64,000 nucleotides of DNA from an uncultured virus (IMG/VR IMGVR_UViG_3300043568_000902) (taxonomy: Duplodnaviria; Heunggongvirae; Uroviricota; Caudoviricetes), in the IMG/VR virus record IMGVR_UViG_3300043568_000902; one strand, 5' to 3'. Position 1 is the stretch's first letter, and each line of letters begins with the position of its first letter. The position numbers and the translations under genes were made by a program. The notes under the pieces were generated by a model. It searched no databases. It worked only from the letters and a program-made list of their open reading frames with translations, and was not told the DNA's origin. Below, one piece after another: positions 56,101-64,000 of the stretch.

Positions 56101-58911
56101 GAACTAGCTGCTTTAGAAGGTAAACCAGCAGCTAAACCTGCTACAACTACTAAAGATACTGAAGTCAAAGGTTTTAAATTATCTATTGATAAAAAAGGAA
56201 AAGATCAAGGTAAAGCTGATTTAGCAAATAGATTTATTGGTTATGGTGTTAAAGGTACTAGTACTTATCAATATGAACAAGATGCTATAAAAGCAGGAAT
56301 CCCAATAAATTACGAAGGTAAAATAGATAAAAATACAGTAGCTTTTGTAAGTGTTAATGGTAATAATAAAGCAGATAAAAACGCTATATTTGAAACTATT
56401 GAAAACGCAAGAGAAGTCCTTGAGAATGGTGGTACAGTAATTATGGACTCAACAGAAGATGCTAATAGATCTTGGAATAAAAAAGGAGAAGCTTTAGTAC
56501 AAGAAGGTATTGGTAAGCCAACCGGTCAGACTTCAAAAGGTTATAATTACTGGGGAAGTAATCCTGAGGCTATAAAAGAAACTCTTAAAACTAAAGCTCC
56601 AAAAACTAAAACTGAAAAAAAAGCTGCTACCAAAGAAAAGATTGAGAAGACTAAGGTTGAGAAAAAAGCTAAGGCTCCTACACCTAAGAAATCTACAGCT
56701 AAAACAAAAGAAGAACTTACTAAAGAGCGTGATGACTTAATCAAACCTTTAGAGGATGAAAAAGCTGAGCTTGGTAGAATTCTAGAAACAGAACAAAGCA
56801 AGCGCCTTGTTAGAGATACCGTTAACAACGAGATTACTCCAGAGGAGATGACGTCTCTTCAAGAAGAACTTGGAACTAGCGAAGAAGGAGTAAAAGCACA
56901 AGTTGTAAGTGAGGTTATAAATCAGATGAATGATAAGAAACCTACACGTGCAAAAACACTTTTACAAAAGGTAGCTAAGCGTATAAAAAGGATCTTGTTA
57001 AATGTAATGATAGGTACAGTACTATTTAATAGTATGTCCTTTACATATAATCCTAAGGCTCAAGTACTTACTTATCAAACAGTTGATGTTGAAAACCTTG
57101 AGAGCTTTGATAGCGCGTTACTAGATCAAGAAGCTACAAACAAACTAGATAACTTAAACATCATTACTAAATCATTTGAAGATAGTAATGAGACTTACTT
57201 GATTGTAGATAAGCCAAATGCGCTGGCCCACTTATTCCAGGGAGATTCTCTTATAGATACCTTTGAAGTAGGTACAGGACGTAAAGTTGGTGACGCCCAA
57301 ACTAAAACCGTAATTAAAAATGGTAAGGTATTATGGGAGCAAGGTAACCAACAAACTGGTGCTGGTATTTACACTGTAGGTGGTATTGGTAAATATAAAT
57401 CATCCCCTTCTTATACTCTAAGAAATGAAGAGGGTATTGAAGTACCTACCGTATTACATGAGACATTAGATAATCGTAAAAAGTTATTTGCTGACAATGA
57501 TGTAAGCAATAATAGAATGTCTTTTGGTTGTGTAAACTTTAAAGCCGAGTCTTTAAATAAACTTGGTAGCTACACAAACTTCAATGCTGGTAGTAAAGTA
57601 TTTGTACTACCTGATGATAGTACTAATAAGTTCCAAATTATTGATGGTGACTTAAGATTTATATCTCAAGACACTAATGTTAATAGGACGATCAAGGGAT
57701 ATACTGCACAACCTATTGCAATTAAGGCGGGTAAAGAGTCTAGAGAAGTTAACACCTTTGTTAATGCGATTGCTAATAACAAGGCTGAGTTAATGCGTCT
57801 TTACCCAACTATCTCTAATGCAACTTACAACCAGATTGCAACTGTTGCTTATGGCATCATGGGTCAAGAAAGTTCTTTTGGAACTTTTGGTGGGCTACGT
57901 GGTCAATATGGTAAGTTAAGAGATGATGGACAAGTTATGATTGGTTATGGTGTACCATCAGTTGGTGTTACTCAAATCCGTTTTACATCTGTAAACAATA
58001 AGATTAAAGATGCATTTGGTATAACAAAGCAAGAAGACATTAAAGATAACGTTGATAAAGCTGCAATAGCTACAATGAGCGTCTTACTTGATGTTTATGA
58101 AAATGAAATACCTGCTAATTTAAAACAAGACTTTAAATCTCTTTTACCTTTAGCTTACTCAAATAGAACTGAGTTTGCAAAAGCACTTAAAGGTGATACT
58201 AGTACCTATGATAATCAATATGTTAAGAATGTAACTAATTATAGCGAAGGTGTTGAAGTATACCAAGGTGTAGCATCTGAGACTACAAAAGAAGAAAAAT
58301 CTGAAAAAGCTCCTATTCAAACAGCAGCTGTAGGATTAATAGGATTAGCTTCACTTTATAGAAGAAGACAAGAGTCTGGAGAAGCTTTAAGCGATGTTGA
58401 TTTACAAGGTATTCAGGATCAGATTAATGATATCAATAAAGAGATTTCTAGAATTAAAACTGAGTACAACTCAAAAATAAGAGGAGCTCTATCTGAGTCT
58501 AGAAAAAAAGCGGAAGATATTACAAAAGAAACTGAGAAAGAGCCTACATTTGTAAGTAAGGGTGACGTGATAAAGATGGCAGATGGATCTATTGTTCAAG
58601 TAACAAAAGTTTCCAAAAACAAAATAGAAGTTGTACCTTATATGCAACAGGATGGTGATACTATGATAATCAATCAAGAAGATATGGATCAAGGAAAAGC
58701 AATAGTTGTTAAGCCAGGTCAGAAGGTTGAGGCTCAAGAAGTTACTCCTGAAGATACCGAAATGCTTACTGAAAGTGTATCTAGTGCTAATACAATAGCA
58801 AATGATAAAGAAAATCAACTTGCTGTTGCTAATAAAGCAGAGAGCCAAACTTCAACCGAGCGTGTAAGTTCATTTAAAGACAAACTTAAAAACCGTTGTA
58901 AATCTAAATAA
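50122..58911 (+). CDS. Giant ejection protein: membrane segments, degenerate zincin, PD-(D/E)XK nuclease, L,D-transpeptidase and lytic transglycosylase-like domains
   Basis: 2929 aa; EGTQELLQE; GTIDFLIYD...IDLKTS; LHE...SFGCVN; QESSFG...GVTQ...AYS...YVKNV. Confidence 0.7.
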   Translation: MDQNVQNNLDTDVSSLDQLAARISTLRQTESPTSIKINTPGSSAGLSTINASSAQDFDNFLNGLNNQAYDPLKFNRVSNSAFQPLLRYRLNPEYDSQGYNPFSDNEAVYNTNTTWVSDMGRASKLILPAIGDFAWETMTNYDLTDWSSDIEGAKEYSDKMDLMMSSRGGAGGFAVNLYAQLAPTLGVLAGIGAEQVIAKGLEFGASRFPGLQGLAPVAEGLEANSARQLFKLPKLVSSLGKAKDSFNAFRTLDSAAKIRSIYTGAAKGGMSLIKGINPLSNTFKAYQNIRSGAAGVALAGDMAKLYKTAGGLWRDVQNYRVVLNEANLEGGLAINEHIKNKREEYIKTYGYEPMGDDAYAIYEEAQAIGNATQMINMGIIHLTNSFGFNRLVDKAISPRAAAAKTFAEKFNAYIVETGAKGAGKASYKLLENNFKKWGSKAYYKHMLTSAPSGLLSYFGNNLMEGTQELLQESIVNGVTHYYDNMYTDPIKFHKATMGESIKYGLGSQLDAKGAEVFLSGFLTGGAANVVTAPMLSVFTKANKIIDPEGYKKALELSNEQKNRILTSANYVADNRQEFFSMLDKRAGEQLNYARSGEIAQALGDEKTARDIKDGATFSHVYNLYKAGRVDIIKDQLNGLLELEDNELADSLNETVQGDYGYANLRDRVKTTMKRVDNIQKTVDKINDVYENPYQPWEINKKVNPDKFNEEYAKWDAYEDAKYFAAFATDSYSRAVERMYSITNEMSSSPVFQNTAGMGVGRMFSVNQLQDDASNLRTQAKIYRENNESTKANELEERANRYDNLAKNSNLYSKFLQFVGKSETLNAEEARDLEKVKEKLVEQGINVEDLTLDNVDDIEALLKDSFNEYVKDLAKDNPSALLDSNLDEVFAPYRDWHKLGDDTTVMAKWVNHLSDPAGFNRVQDTIKTAKDEVYANRKRILKEQKDRYMKGLIKDKLLKDLYAIGVMVSKEDEDAFLNEKRYPNLVDAKTMEPIKSNDPRIANIIDIFDQYEELNDVLVNDKPIYDASTETILANSLTDAAGRTKSEKDTRTYSDFVEALGIDNTKDEQEVEISTLYDYILDSKFSTPAEKKLVQRIKDKYKKAKITISKNHNAPISYDETNGLIIDLRYASDEYKAGKMRSEFLMLKGIMTAMTFNFLESDSKFETEVEEMRNAVKEAVSKNSDLLAEYNGRIPRALESNKDFINDIMTNSLFQGVASRIKSTKETKKSVYADFIKSIKQFIGKLLGIKTTRSSILDQAVNLVGSKIQDTDYTKPFKKEKPKAEKKADEAPEEGAEEVSEEDAIDAINQKVSIKDMPQSLVDILDAEFKKVISLSDAPYTKTGFTKFVATSPKAASLIEKWKKSEKARLKKEAEESTKKKETKKKKVEKVEDDEEPVELTDDDKEALYELGYSRSDINGMGELAAEVLVEKMARDENPMFAAAEGDFTEADKKVADLRKKVLERNLQLTADQKQYEPKNKKKAKEEGKPLLYRRISELLGKDSDSINPVSAERGNVTDEIYRDFMGGRINSIPELRTALEKASAKKGLFKYNDDFVVDLYDTMQFIRDYLTNAGFKIVADFPTLSGDIGGPIAGTIDFLIYDEEGNISFIDLKTSTANLRKKYANPEKDEYQYKVGHTIQQNGYRELFKQQTGESVDNLLILPLQIFTNRAGIHTGIKLEGAENDKGDMTYTLPISTARDIYQLTGIGKSKVTEKPVTTDTTITKEMFAVDKLFKGKESGDILKVIGYTKNGVRFEVQTEGLKPTKNLPFTELERLLKEGKLEPLEGTKPTTDKKPVTTEKTTQQAIDDLRAREQVELRNAIPNIESYKDAEGNLDKSKFSPLELQFYNEIYGKYDKLISPLIADAKADIERRRQEDLFTKKGEDNKFGFVEGLIKNMPEVVLDIINFAKAGLVAESISDELNKLHPSSFPFTREDVKEVRNYLGIPRNGVSAMSAGLLPMDMGYEKEELEKAKTVFKEWVESIDKINARYNEELAALEGKPAAKPATTTKDTEVKGFKLSIDKKGKDQGKADLANRFIGYGVKGTSTYQYEQDAIKAGIPINYEGKIDKNTVAFVSVNGNNKADKNAIFETIENAREVLENGGTVIMDSTEDANRSWNKKGEALVQEGIGKPTGQTSKGYNYWGSNPEAIKETLKTKAPKTKTEKKAATKEKIEKTKVEKKAKAPTPKKSTAKTKEELTKERDDLIKPLEDEKAELGRILETEQSKRLVRDTVNNEITPEEMTSLQEELGTSEEGVKAQVVSEVINQMNDKKPTRAKTLLQKVAKRIKRILLNVMIGTVLFNSMSFTYNPKAQVLTYQTVDVENLESFDSALLDQEATNKLDNLNIITKSFEDSNETYLIVDKPNALAHLFQGDSLIDTFEVGTGRKVGDAQTKTVIKNGKVLWEQGNQQTGAGIYTVGGIGKYKSSPSYTLRNEEGIEVPTVLHETLDNRKKLFADNDVSNNRMSFGCVNFKAESLNKLGSYTNFNAGSKVFVLPDDSTNKFQIIDGDLRFISQDTNVNRTIKGYTAQPIAIKAGKESREVNTFVNAIANNKAELMRLYPTISNATYNQIATVAYGIMGQESSFGTFGGLRGQYGKLRDDGQVMIGYGVPSVGVTQIRFTSVNNKIKDAFGITKQEDIKDNVDKAAIATMSVLLDVYENEIPANLKQDFKSLLPLAYSNRTEFAKALKGDTSTYDNQYVKNVTNYSEGVEVYQGVASETTKEEKSEKAPIQTAAVGLIGLASLYRRRQESGEALSDVDLQGIQDQINDINKEISRIKTEYNSKIRGALSESRKKAEDITKETEKEPTFVSKGDVIKMADGSIVQVTKVSKNKIEVVPYMQQDGDTMIINQEDMDQGKAIVVKPGQKVEAQEVTPEDTEMLTESVSSANTIANDKENQLAVANKAESQTSTERVSSFKDKLKNRCKSK

Positions 58912-58913
58912 TA

Positions 58914-61900
58914 ATGGCTAGTGTTATTTGTAGTATATCAGAAGAAGAAGTAAATGATTTATTATCAGTTGTTTATGGAGATTTCTATGATGCCTATAAG
59001 GCTGGTACACCGTTAAGTGTAAATGGTGAACCGGTATCTATAGAAAGCTATATGAGAAACTTTGTGGCAGAGAACTTTAGATCAGTGCTTGACAATGATC
59101 TAGAGGTTGAGGCATTTACTCAAATACTTCCAGGGATTATGGCCCAGGCTGCTACAATTAAAAACGATGTCATGCAGCATTTATTTGCTACAAACTTTGA
59201 TATTGGTGCTGTAGCTAAACTTAGCAATGAGTTTAAGGACCATGCAAAAGTTCAAGAGTTTTTAGGTACTGGTGTAAAAGCTGCAGAAGATGCCGAAGAA
59301 GCTGCTGAAGAAGGATTAAAGAAATCTAAAAAGGGTAATACTCTTATTGTTCAAAAAGAGGAAATCATTAATCAGTTTAGCTACATTACAGATAGCATGT
59401 ACAGTACAACAGGGTTGCAAAACCTTATTGATTCTAGTACAAAACTTGAAGATCATTTACCAGATCCTAAAAAGGATTTCTATTATAACTTCTTAAAGTT
59501 TGCATTAGATAACGCTAGCTCAGATAATAAGTTTTCATATAGCATTACTGCAGTACCAATTAAGGCCATTAAAGATATGGACCCTACTGGTAGTAAAAAA
59601 TATATTTATACACCTAAAGTTGCTGACTTAAAGCAATTAAGAGGTGACCTATTAGTGCTTGCCGTTACAGATACATTTGGTAATATATTACTATTTGATA
59701 ATGAGTATAAGATTACCGACAAGGGTAAGCCTATTTATTTTCAATCTAGATCAGGTAAAAGAGCAAAAGAAGGTAAAGGACCTTTATTATTAAGACCTGA
59801 TCAAATTGCAAAGCGTCAAGGAATTACTGTTGACCAAGCGCAAAAGATTCAAGATGATCAGATTCAATTCATGATTAATCTTGAGCAGTATACAAAAGCA
59901 AATATTAGCAAGTCTGAGAACTGGATAACATTTCCAATCTCTGGTGTTTCATTAGGTGCTTTTTATATTGACTATAATGTACTTACTAATTTAAATGAAG
60001 TACAGAACTTTACTAGAACGCCATTTGTACCATACATCCTTAGTCAGAAGAATGAAGACCTTGGTGTAGAATCTTATGCTGTATTTGAATTGCCAGGTAT
60101 TACTGGACAAATTCCAATTATTGCTCGAGGTATGAGCGAGGATATTGCACAAAAGTTTGCTAAGTTATTAGTAAATCCAATCTACAAAAAAAATCCTCTT
60201 GGTAAAACTAGAGAGCTTAACTATAAAGAAAAGTCTGATTTATTCAATATATATTTTTACGATCAAGAAACTGGCATTGCACTTACATCAAAAGCTATAA
60301 GCGTTGATGGTAAGAAACTTGATCTTACTAATCCTGAAGAGGCGGCGAAAGCATTATATGAACACTTGTATGTAAACCATTATCTAAGTGGCGTTAAGGT
60401 TTCTAAAAAAGAAATTGAAAACGGTTTTCTTGATGGTGTTACAATTGTACCATATGATAAAGAAGGTGCCTATAAATCTAAGTTAGGTCCTAAAACAGTT
60501 GTTGCTAAAGGATCTAAAGAGAAGCCTACTTACTATAAAGTATATAAAAGAAGACTTAATATAGATAAGAAAACTTTATCTGACCCGGAAAGACAATTCA
60601 ATGATTTTAAAATTGTTGAAGAGGGTGATAAGCTTATGCTACAAGATAATATTGTAGACTATGCTGACTTTATTAAGAATAATTTCTACATAAACTTCCC
60701 ACTTAATAAAAACAAAGAACTTGTTGGGTTAAATGGGTATATCAAATTTGCACCATCTGCGGAAACTTTAAGTAAGATGCTATCCTATAAAAAGGAAGAT
60801 CCTAAAGAGAAGGCTGCTAAAAAGACTGAGACTAAGAAGAAAGCCGAAGAGGTTAAAAATAAAGTGATTAGCAAACTTGCTACACCTAACTCAAAAGACC
60901 TTGTAAAAAATATTCTAAAAAATAATAAGTTTAGAGGTCTTTCTAAAAATAAAAAACAAGCTGCTCAATTTGTGGAGCAATACGGTATCAACTTTGAACT
61001 TACTCAAATGACACCGGAAGAGGTTGAGCAAAAGCTTGCAGATGCTGAGACATGGTTTGACGACAGTGTATTTAGCAAACACTTTAAGTTCATTGAGCTA
61101 TTTGATTATGTAAATACTAGTGACCCAGATACAATTGCTAGCCTTACTGAAGATGCAATAACATTGTGGGCCGGTTCTGATTACTCAGACTTGTACCATG
61201 AGTCATGGCATGGCTTTACACAGTTCTTCTTAAATGAAGCTGAAAGAAAATCATTATACGATAAGACAAGAAAGAGAACTGGTAACTTCCGTACATATAA
61301 AGGTGTGTATAGAGATTTTGCTAAAGCTAGTGACCTTGAGCTTGAAGAATTCTTAGCGGAAGAGTTTAGAGCTTATATGCTTTCTGATGGTAAAATGAAG
61401 ATAGAAGATCGCACTCAAAGTAATATCTTTAAGAGGATCTTTAATTTCTTACTAGACCTATTTGGATTTGCTGATCTTCAAAGCTTTGATGCTAATCAGG
61501 ATGCGCTTACATATGTAAACGAGCTTTACACAAATCTTAAAATGGGGGATCTTAAGAACTACACGTTTAGTCGTGAGAATGCCCCTGCAGATTTCAAAGC
61601 CTTAAATAAAGGAATGGAAGCTACTAATACAGATGAAGCTATTCCTACCTTAAGTACAAGAAGTTCTCTTGCATTAGTTGATACTATAGACTCATTAGCG
61701 TCTGACTTTGTTAATACAATGGTAGCCGCTGTTGATGATGAGGGAAATATATCAGGTGAGAACACATACTTTACAACTTCAATGGTTACTACTATTGAGG
61801 GTAAAGAAGCAATGTTTGATTACATTAAAGAAAAGATTGATGAACGCATAGAGCTATATGATGAAATTATTAGCGAGATGCAAGATGAGGAAGATGCAGA

Positions 61901-64000
61901 TAGACAAATCCAAAGCCTCCTAAATATACAGGACACTCTTAATTGGGCTCTAAGAAACTGGGATTCAAAAGATGACAAAGGTGTATTAGATTACTACTAC
62001 AGAAAATCTAAGTTCATTGAGTTTGGAAAGCGCTACGATAAAGTAGTTACTTTATTTGAAGATATTGAGGACCCTAACTTTAAAAAAGGCCGTGAAGGTT
62101 ATGATAGAAAAGGTAATGAGGCTTCATTAACAGAACTTGCTAATGAAAAAGTTATCTACTTAATTAGAAGTTTACACGGTATTAACCCAGATGGTTCAGA
62201 AGTTTTAAATTCATTAGGCTTTAATAGTTTAATGGACTTCCCAATGGCTTGGAATAGATTAGCTAAAACCTTAGATGGTGCTAACTCTGTACAAGAAATG
62301 TATAGAAGACTTGATAGCTCAAAAGAAGATTATCCATTTTTCCAAGAGCTTTTGCTTAAGTTAGGTAATCCAGATACACAAATGGATGCTTATTCTCAAA
62401 GCATGTGGACATCATTCTTACAAGCATTTGGATTAAGTAGAGTACCGTTAATTGCAATGGTTGTTGACCAAAGCGATATCAAAGAAAAAGATGAGGACGG
62501 TAAAGTAAGTGTAGTTGATGTTGAGTTCTCAGCTGTTGTAGGAGGTGCGTCCGTTGCGGATAAAAAAGTAGGTAGAGACTGGAGTGACCACTTTAAAACT
62601 ACTACTAGCCGATTTATTAAACAAGACGTAGAGGGTAATAACTATTTAGATGTACCTGAGCTATTAAGTAAATATCCAAATGGTGTTTCAAAAACAGATA
62701 GATGGGAGTTCTTTAAAGATATCGGCCTTAACTTTAGTAATAAAGATAAAATTAGACAAGAGTTAAATAGCTTAAGACACAATCCAGCTATTACATTCTT
62801 CAATAGAATTATTGATTTATATAATGCATACGAAGAAGGGCGTGTAGAAAAGCCTATTATAATTCGCGATATTAAAGACATTGTAGCTGAAAGAGATTAT
62901 AAGAACTTTGATGTAGTATCTTTAGCTACAGATTATAATACATTACAATCTATTGAAGCTAAGCACTCTGATGACTACTCAGACTTCATGGTACTTAACG
63001 CTGCCGGAGACGCGCAGTATGAGTTTATGCTGAATAGCACTCTTACTCAAATGATTAAAGAGTTAAATGATGCTCCTTCTTACAACGAGCTCATTTCTAA
63101 TCCTGAGATGAATCACTTATCAAGTGACCGTAATCCTTGGGCAAGTATTAATCCAAAGAGTAACAGAAAACGCTTAGTTACTTTATATGACATGTTTGAT
63201 ATGGCTGCCCCAGGTGGTCCAAAGAGAGCATTAAATCCTGAGTATGGTTCAACTGAAAAAGTTTCTATTGATATCAATAACATGGCTGGGGTATCATTTA
63301 CCATTAATGGAATTTCCAATACTGGTATTACTGCAGCCGATGCTGATGAGGTAACTAAAAGACTTAGTGACTTCCATGTAAGTACATTATATGGTTTACC
63401 AATGGGTACAACACCTGCGGATAAATCAACAATCTTAATGTATCATCTATCAAATAGAAAATACTACGTTAATCCTAAATATTTTGTAAGCAAGGAGTAT
63501 TCGGATAGAGGTAACTTAGATGCATACCAGATTATGCTAGGATACCTTGAGGGTGAATTAGATCGCATTTATCAAGTAAGCAATCTTGATGCAAACTCAC
63601 CAGAAGCCTTAGTACCCGTAGGTAAAAAGAAATATGGTGAAACAGGTAAAGAGTTTGTAATATTTGCGGACATGCTTTCAAAACCTACAAAGGACGCATT
63701 GATGGCTATTCCTGATGAGTATAAGCAAAACTTACGTGACTACTTAGATACCGAAGAAGGTGCTACACTCAATAGAGATATCTATAGGGATATCATGAAG
63801 AAGTACTTCCCTGCTAAAGTTGCGGAGTTTGATTCTAGACTAAGAGAAGCTGAATATATTGATAATAATATTCATAGGAAGATCCGTGATTTAGCTGGCA
63901 ATAGAAGACTTAGCAAAGCAGATACTAGAGAGGCTGCTGTAAAAGCACACGTAATTAATAGCTTTATTCACAATGTGGAAACTGTGTTATTATACCACGG
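58914..64000 (+). CDS. Giant virion RNA polymerase-containing protein, N-terminal part (3'-truncated; missing from ORF track)
   Basis: ATG 2 nt after the previous stop (MASVICSISEEE...); same frame confirmed at start, middle and end; LYHESWH 61197 with EEFLAEEF zincin; ends NSFIHNVETVLLYHG; crAss-like synteny. The catalytic DxDxD was not seen and presumably lies beyond the window. Confidence 0.7.
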   Translation, partial: MASVICSISEEEVNDLLSVVYGDFYDAYKAGTPLSVNGEPVSIESYMRNFVAENFRSVLDNDLEVEAFTQILPGIMAQAATIKNDVMQHLFATNFDIGAVAKLSNEFKDHAKVQEFLGTGVKAAEDAEEAAEEGLKKSKKGNTLIVQKEEIINQFSYITDSMYSTTGLQNLIDSSTKLEDHLPDPKKDFYYNFLKFALDNASSDNKFSYSITAVPIKAIKDMDPTGSKKYIYTPKVADLKQLRGDLLVLAVTDTFGNILLFDNEYKITDKGKPIYFQSRSGKRAKEGKGPLLLRPDQIAKRQGITVDQAQKIQDDQIQFMINLEQYTKANISKSENWITFPISGVSLGAFYIDYNVLTNLNEVQNFTRTPFVPYILSQKNEDLGVESYAVFELPGITGQIPIIARGMSEDIAQKFAKLLVNPIYKKNPLGKTRELNYKEKSDLFNIYFYDQETGIALTSKAISVDGKKLDLTNPEEAAKALYEHLYVNHYLSGVKVSKKEIENGFLDGVTIVPYDKEGAYKSKLGPKTVVAKGSKEKPTYYKVYKRRLNIDKKTLSDPERQFNDFKIVEEGDKLMLQDNIVDYADFIKNNFYINFPLNKNKELVGLNGYIKFAPSAETLSKMLSYKKEDPKEKAAKKTETKKKAEEVKNKVISKLATPNSKDLVKNILKNNKFRGLSKNKKQAAQFVEQYGINFELTQMTPEEVEQKLADAETWFDDSVFSKHFKFIELFDYVNTSDPDTIASLTEDAITLWAGSDYSDLYHESWHGFTQFFLNEAERKSLYDKTRKRTGNFRTYKGVYRDFAKASDLELEEFLAEEFRAYMLSDGKMKIEDRTQSNIFKRIFNFLLDLFGFADLQSFDANQDALTYVNELYTNLKMGDLKNYTFSRENAPADFKALNKGMEATNTDEAIPTLSTRSSLALVDTIDSLASDFVNTMVAAVDDEGNISGENTYFTTSMVTTIEGKEAMFDYIKEKIDERIELYDEIISEMQDEEDADRQIQSLLNIQDTLNWALRNWDSKDDKGVLDYYYRKSKFIEFGKRYDKVVTLFEDIEDPNFKKGREGYDRKGNEASLTELANEKVIYLIRSLHGINPDGSEVLNSLGFNSLMDFPMAWNRLAKTLDGANSVQEMYRRLDSSKEDYPFFQELLLKLGNPDTQMDAYSQSMWTSFLQAFGLSRVPLIAMVVDQSDIKEKDEDGKVSVVDVEFSAVVGGASVADKKVGRDWSDHFKTTTSRFIKQDVEGNNYLDVPELLSKYPNGVSKTDRWEFFKDIGLNFSNKDKIRQELNSLRHNPAITFFNRIIDLYNAYEEGRVEKPIIIRDIKDIVAERDYKNFDVVSLATDYNTLQSIEAKHSDDYSDFMVLNAAGDAQYEFMLNSTLTQMIKELNDAPSYNELISNPEMNHLSSDRNPWASINPKSNRKRLVTLYDMFDMAAPGGPKRALNPEYGSTEKVSIDINNMAGVSFTINGISNTGITAADADEVTKRLSDFHVSTLYGLPMGTTPADKSTILMYHLSNRKYYVNPKYFVSKEYSDRGNLDAYQIMLGYLEGELDRIYQVSNLDANSPEALVPVGKKKYGETGKEFVIFADMLSKPTKDALMAIPDEYKQNLRDYLDTEEGATLNRDIYRDIMKKYFPAKVAEFDSRLREAEYIDNNIHRKIRDLAGNRRLSKADTREAAVKAHVINSFIHNVETVLLYH

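Noticed and set aside
5..63319. All minus-strand ORFs and short alternative-frame plus-strand ORFs in the track
   Set aside because: They lie within long, motif-bearing plus-strand genes and read as shadows of biased codon usage; none has a recognisable motif
1..64000. Stop-codon reassignment (TAG to Gln or TGA to Trp) known in some crAss-like phages
   Set aside because: Genes are full length and densely packed under the standard code; TAG (5182, 27756) and TGA (17995, 46073) act as real stops before terminators, intergenic gaps or new starts

Overview
One contiguous, AT-rich, entirely plus-strand segment of a crAss-like (Crassvirales-type, podovirus) phage genome. The host is probably a Bacteroidota species, given a TAnnTTTG promoter and A-rich leaders that mostly lack Shine-Dalgarno sequences. 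Gene order: tail-fibre/accessory genes and a holin-like gene (1-5182); DNA-binding proteins, PD-(D/E)XK nuclease, terminase, portal, scaffold-like protein and major capsid (5318-16675); six tiny basic proteins, a ring protein, a ferritin and an auxiliary capsid protein (16765-21879); very Cys-rich fibre/hub proteins with vWA and FN3 domains (21967-27756); IHF-like, ring and muzzle proteins (27899-35358); then the ejected-cargo cluster (35358-64000), ending in the truncated virion RNA polymerase gene that the ORF track missed. Most notable unexplained structure: (i) a 28-aa C-terminal module followed in the next gene by an N-terminal basic beta-strand, seen twice, suggesting head-to-tail docking of ejection proteins; (ii) a recurrent [LIM]-P-x-[AY]-x-x-G(-G) / xxGG motif shared by cargo and micro-proteins, often at domain boundaries; (iii) multi-enzyme cargo polyproteins carrying zincins, an ADP-ribosyltransferase-like domain, NlpC/P60, a nuclease, and an L,D-transpeptidase plus lytic transglycosylase; (iv) an AAACCAAC leader element whose antisense copy sits in a hairpin loop. 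All family calls come from motif recognition and synteny by eye; no searches were run.
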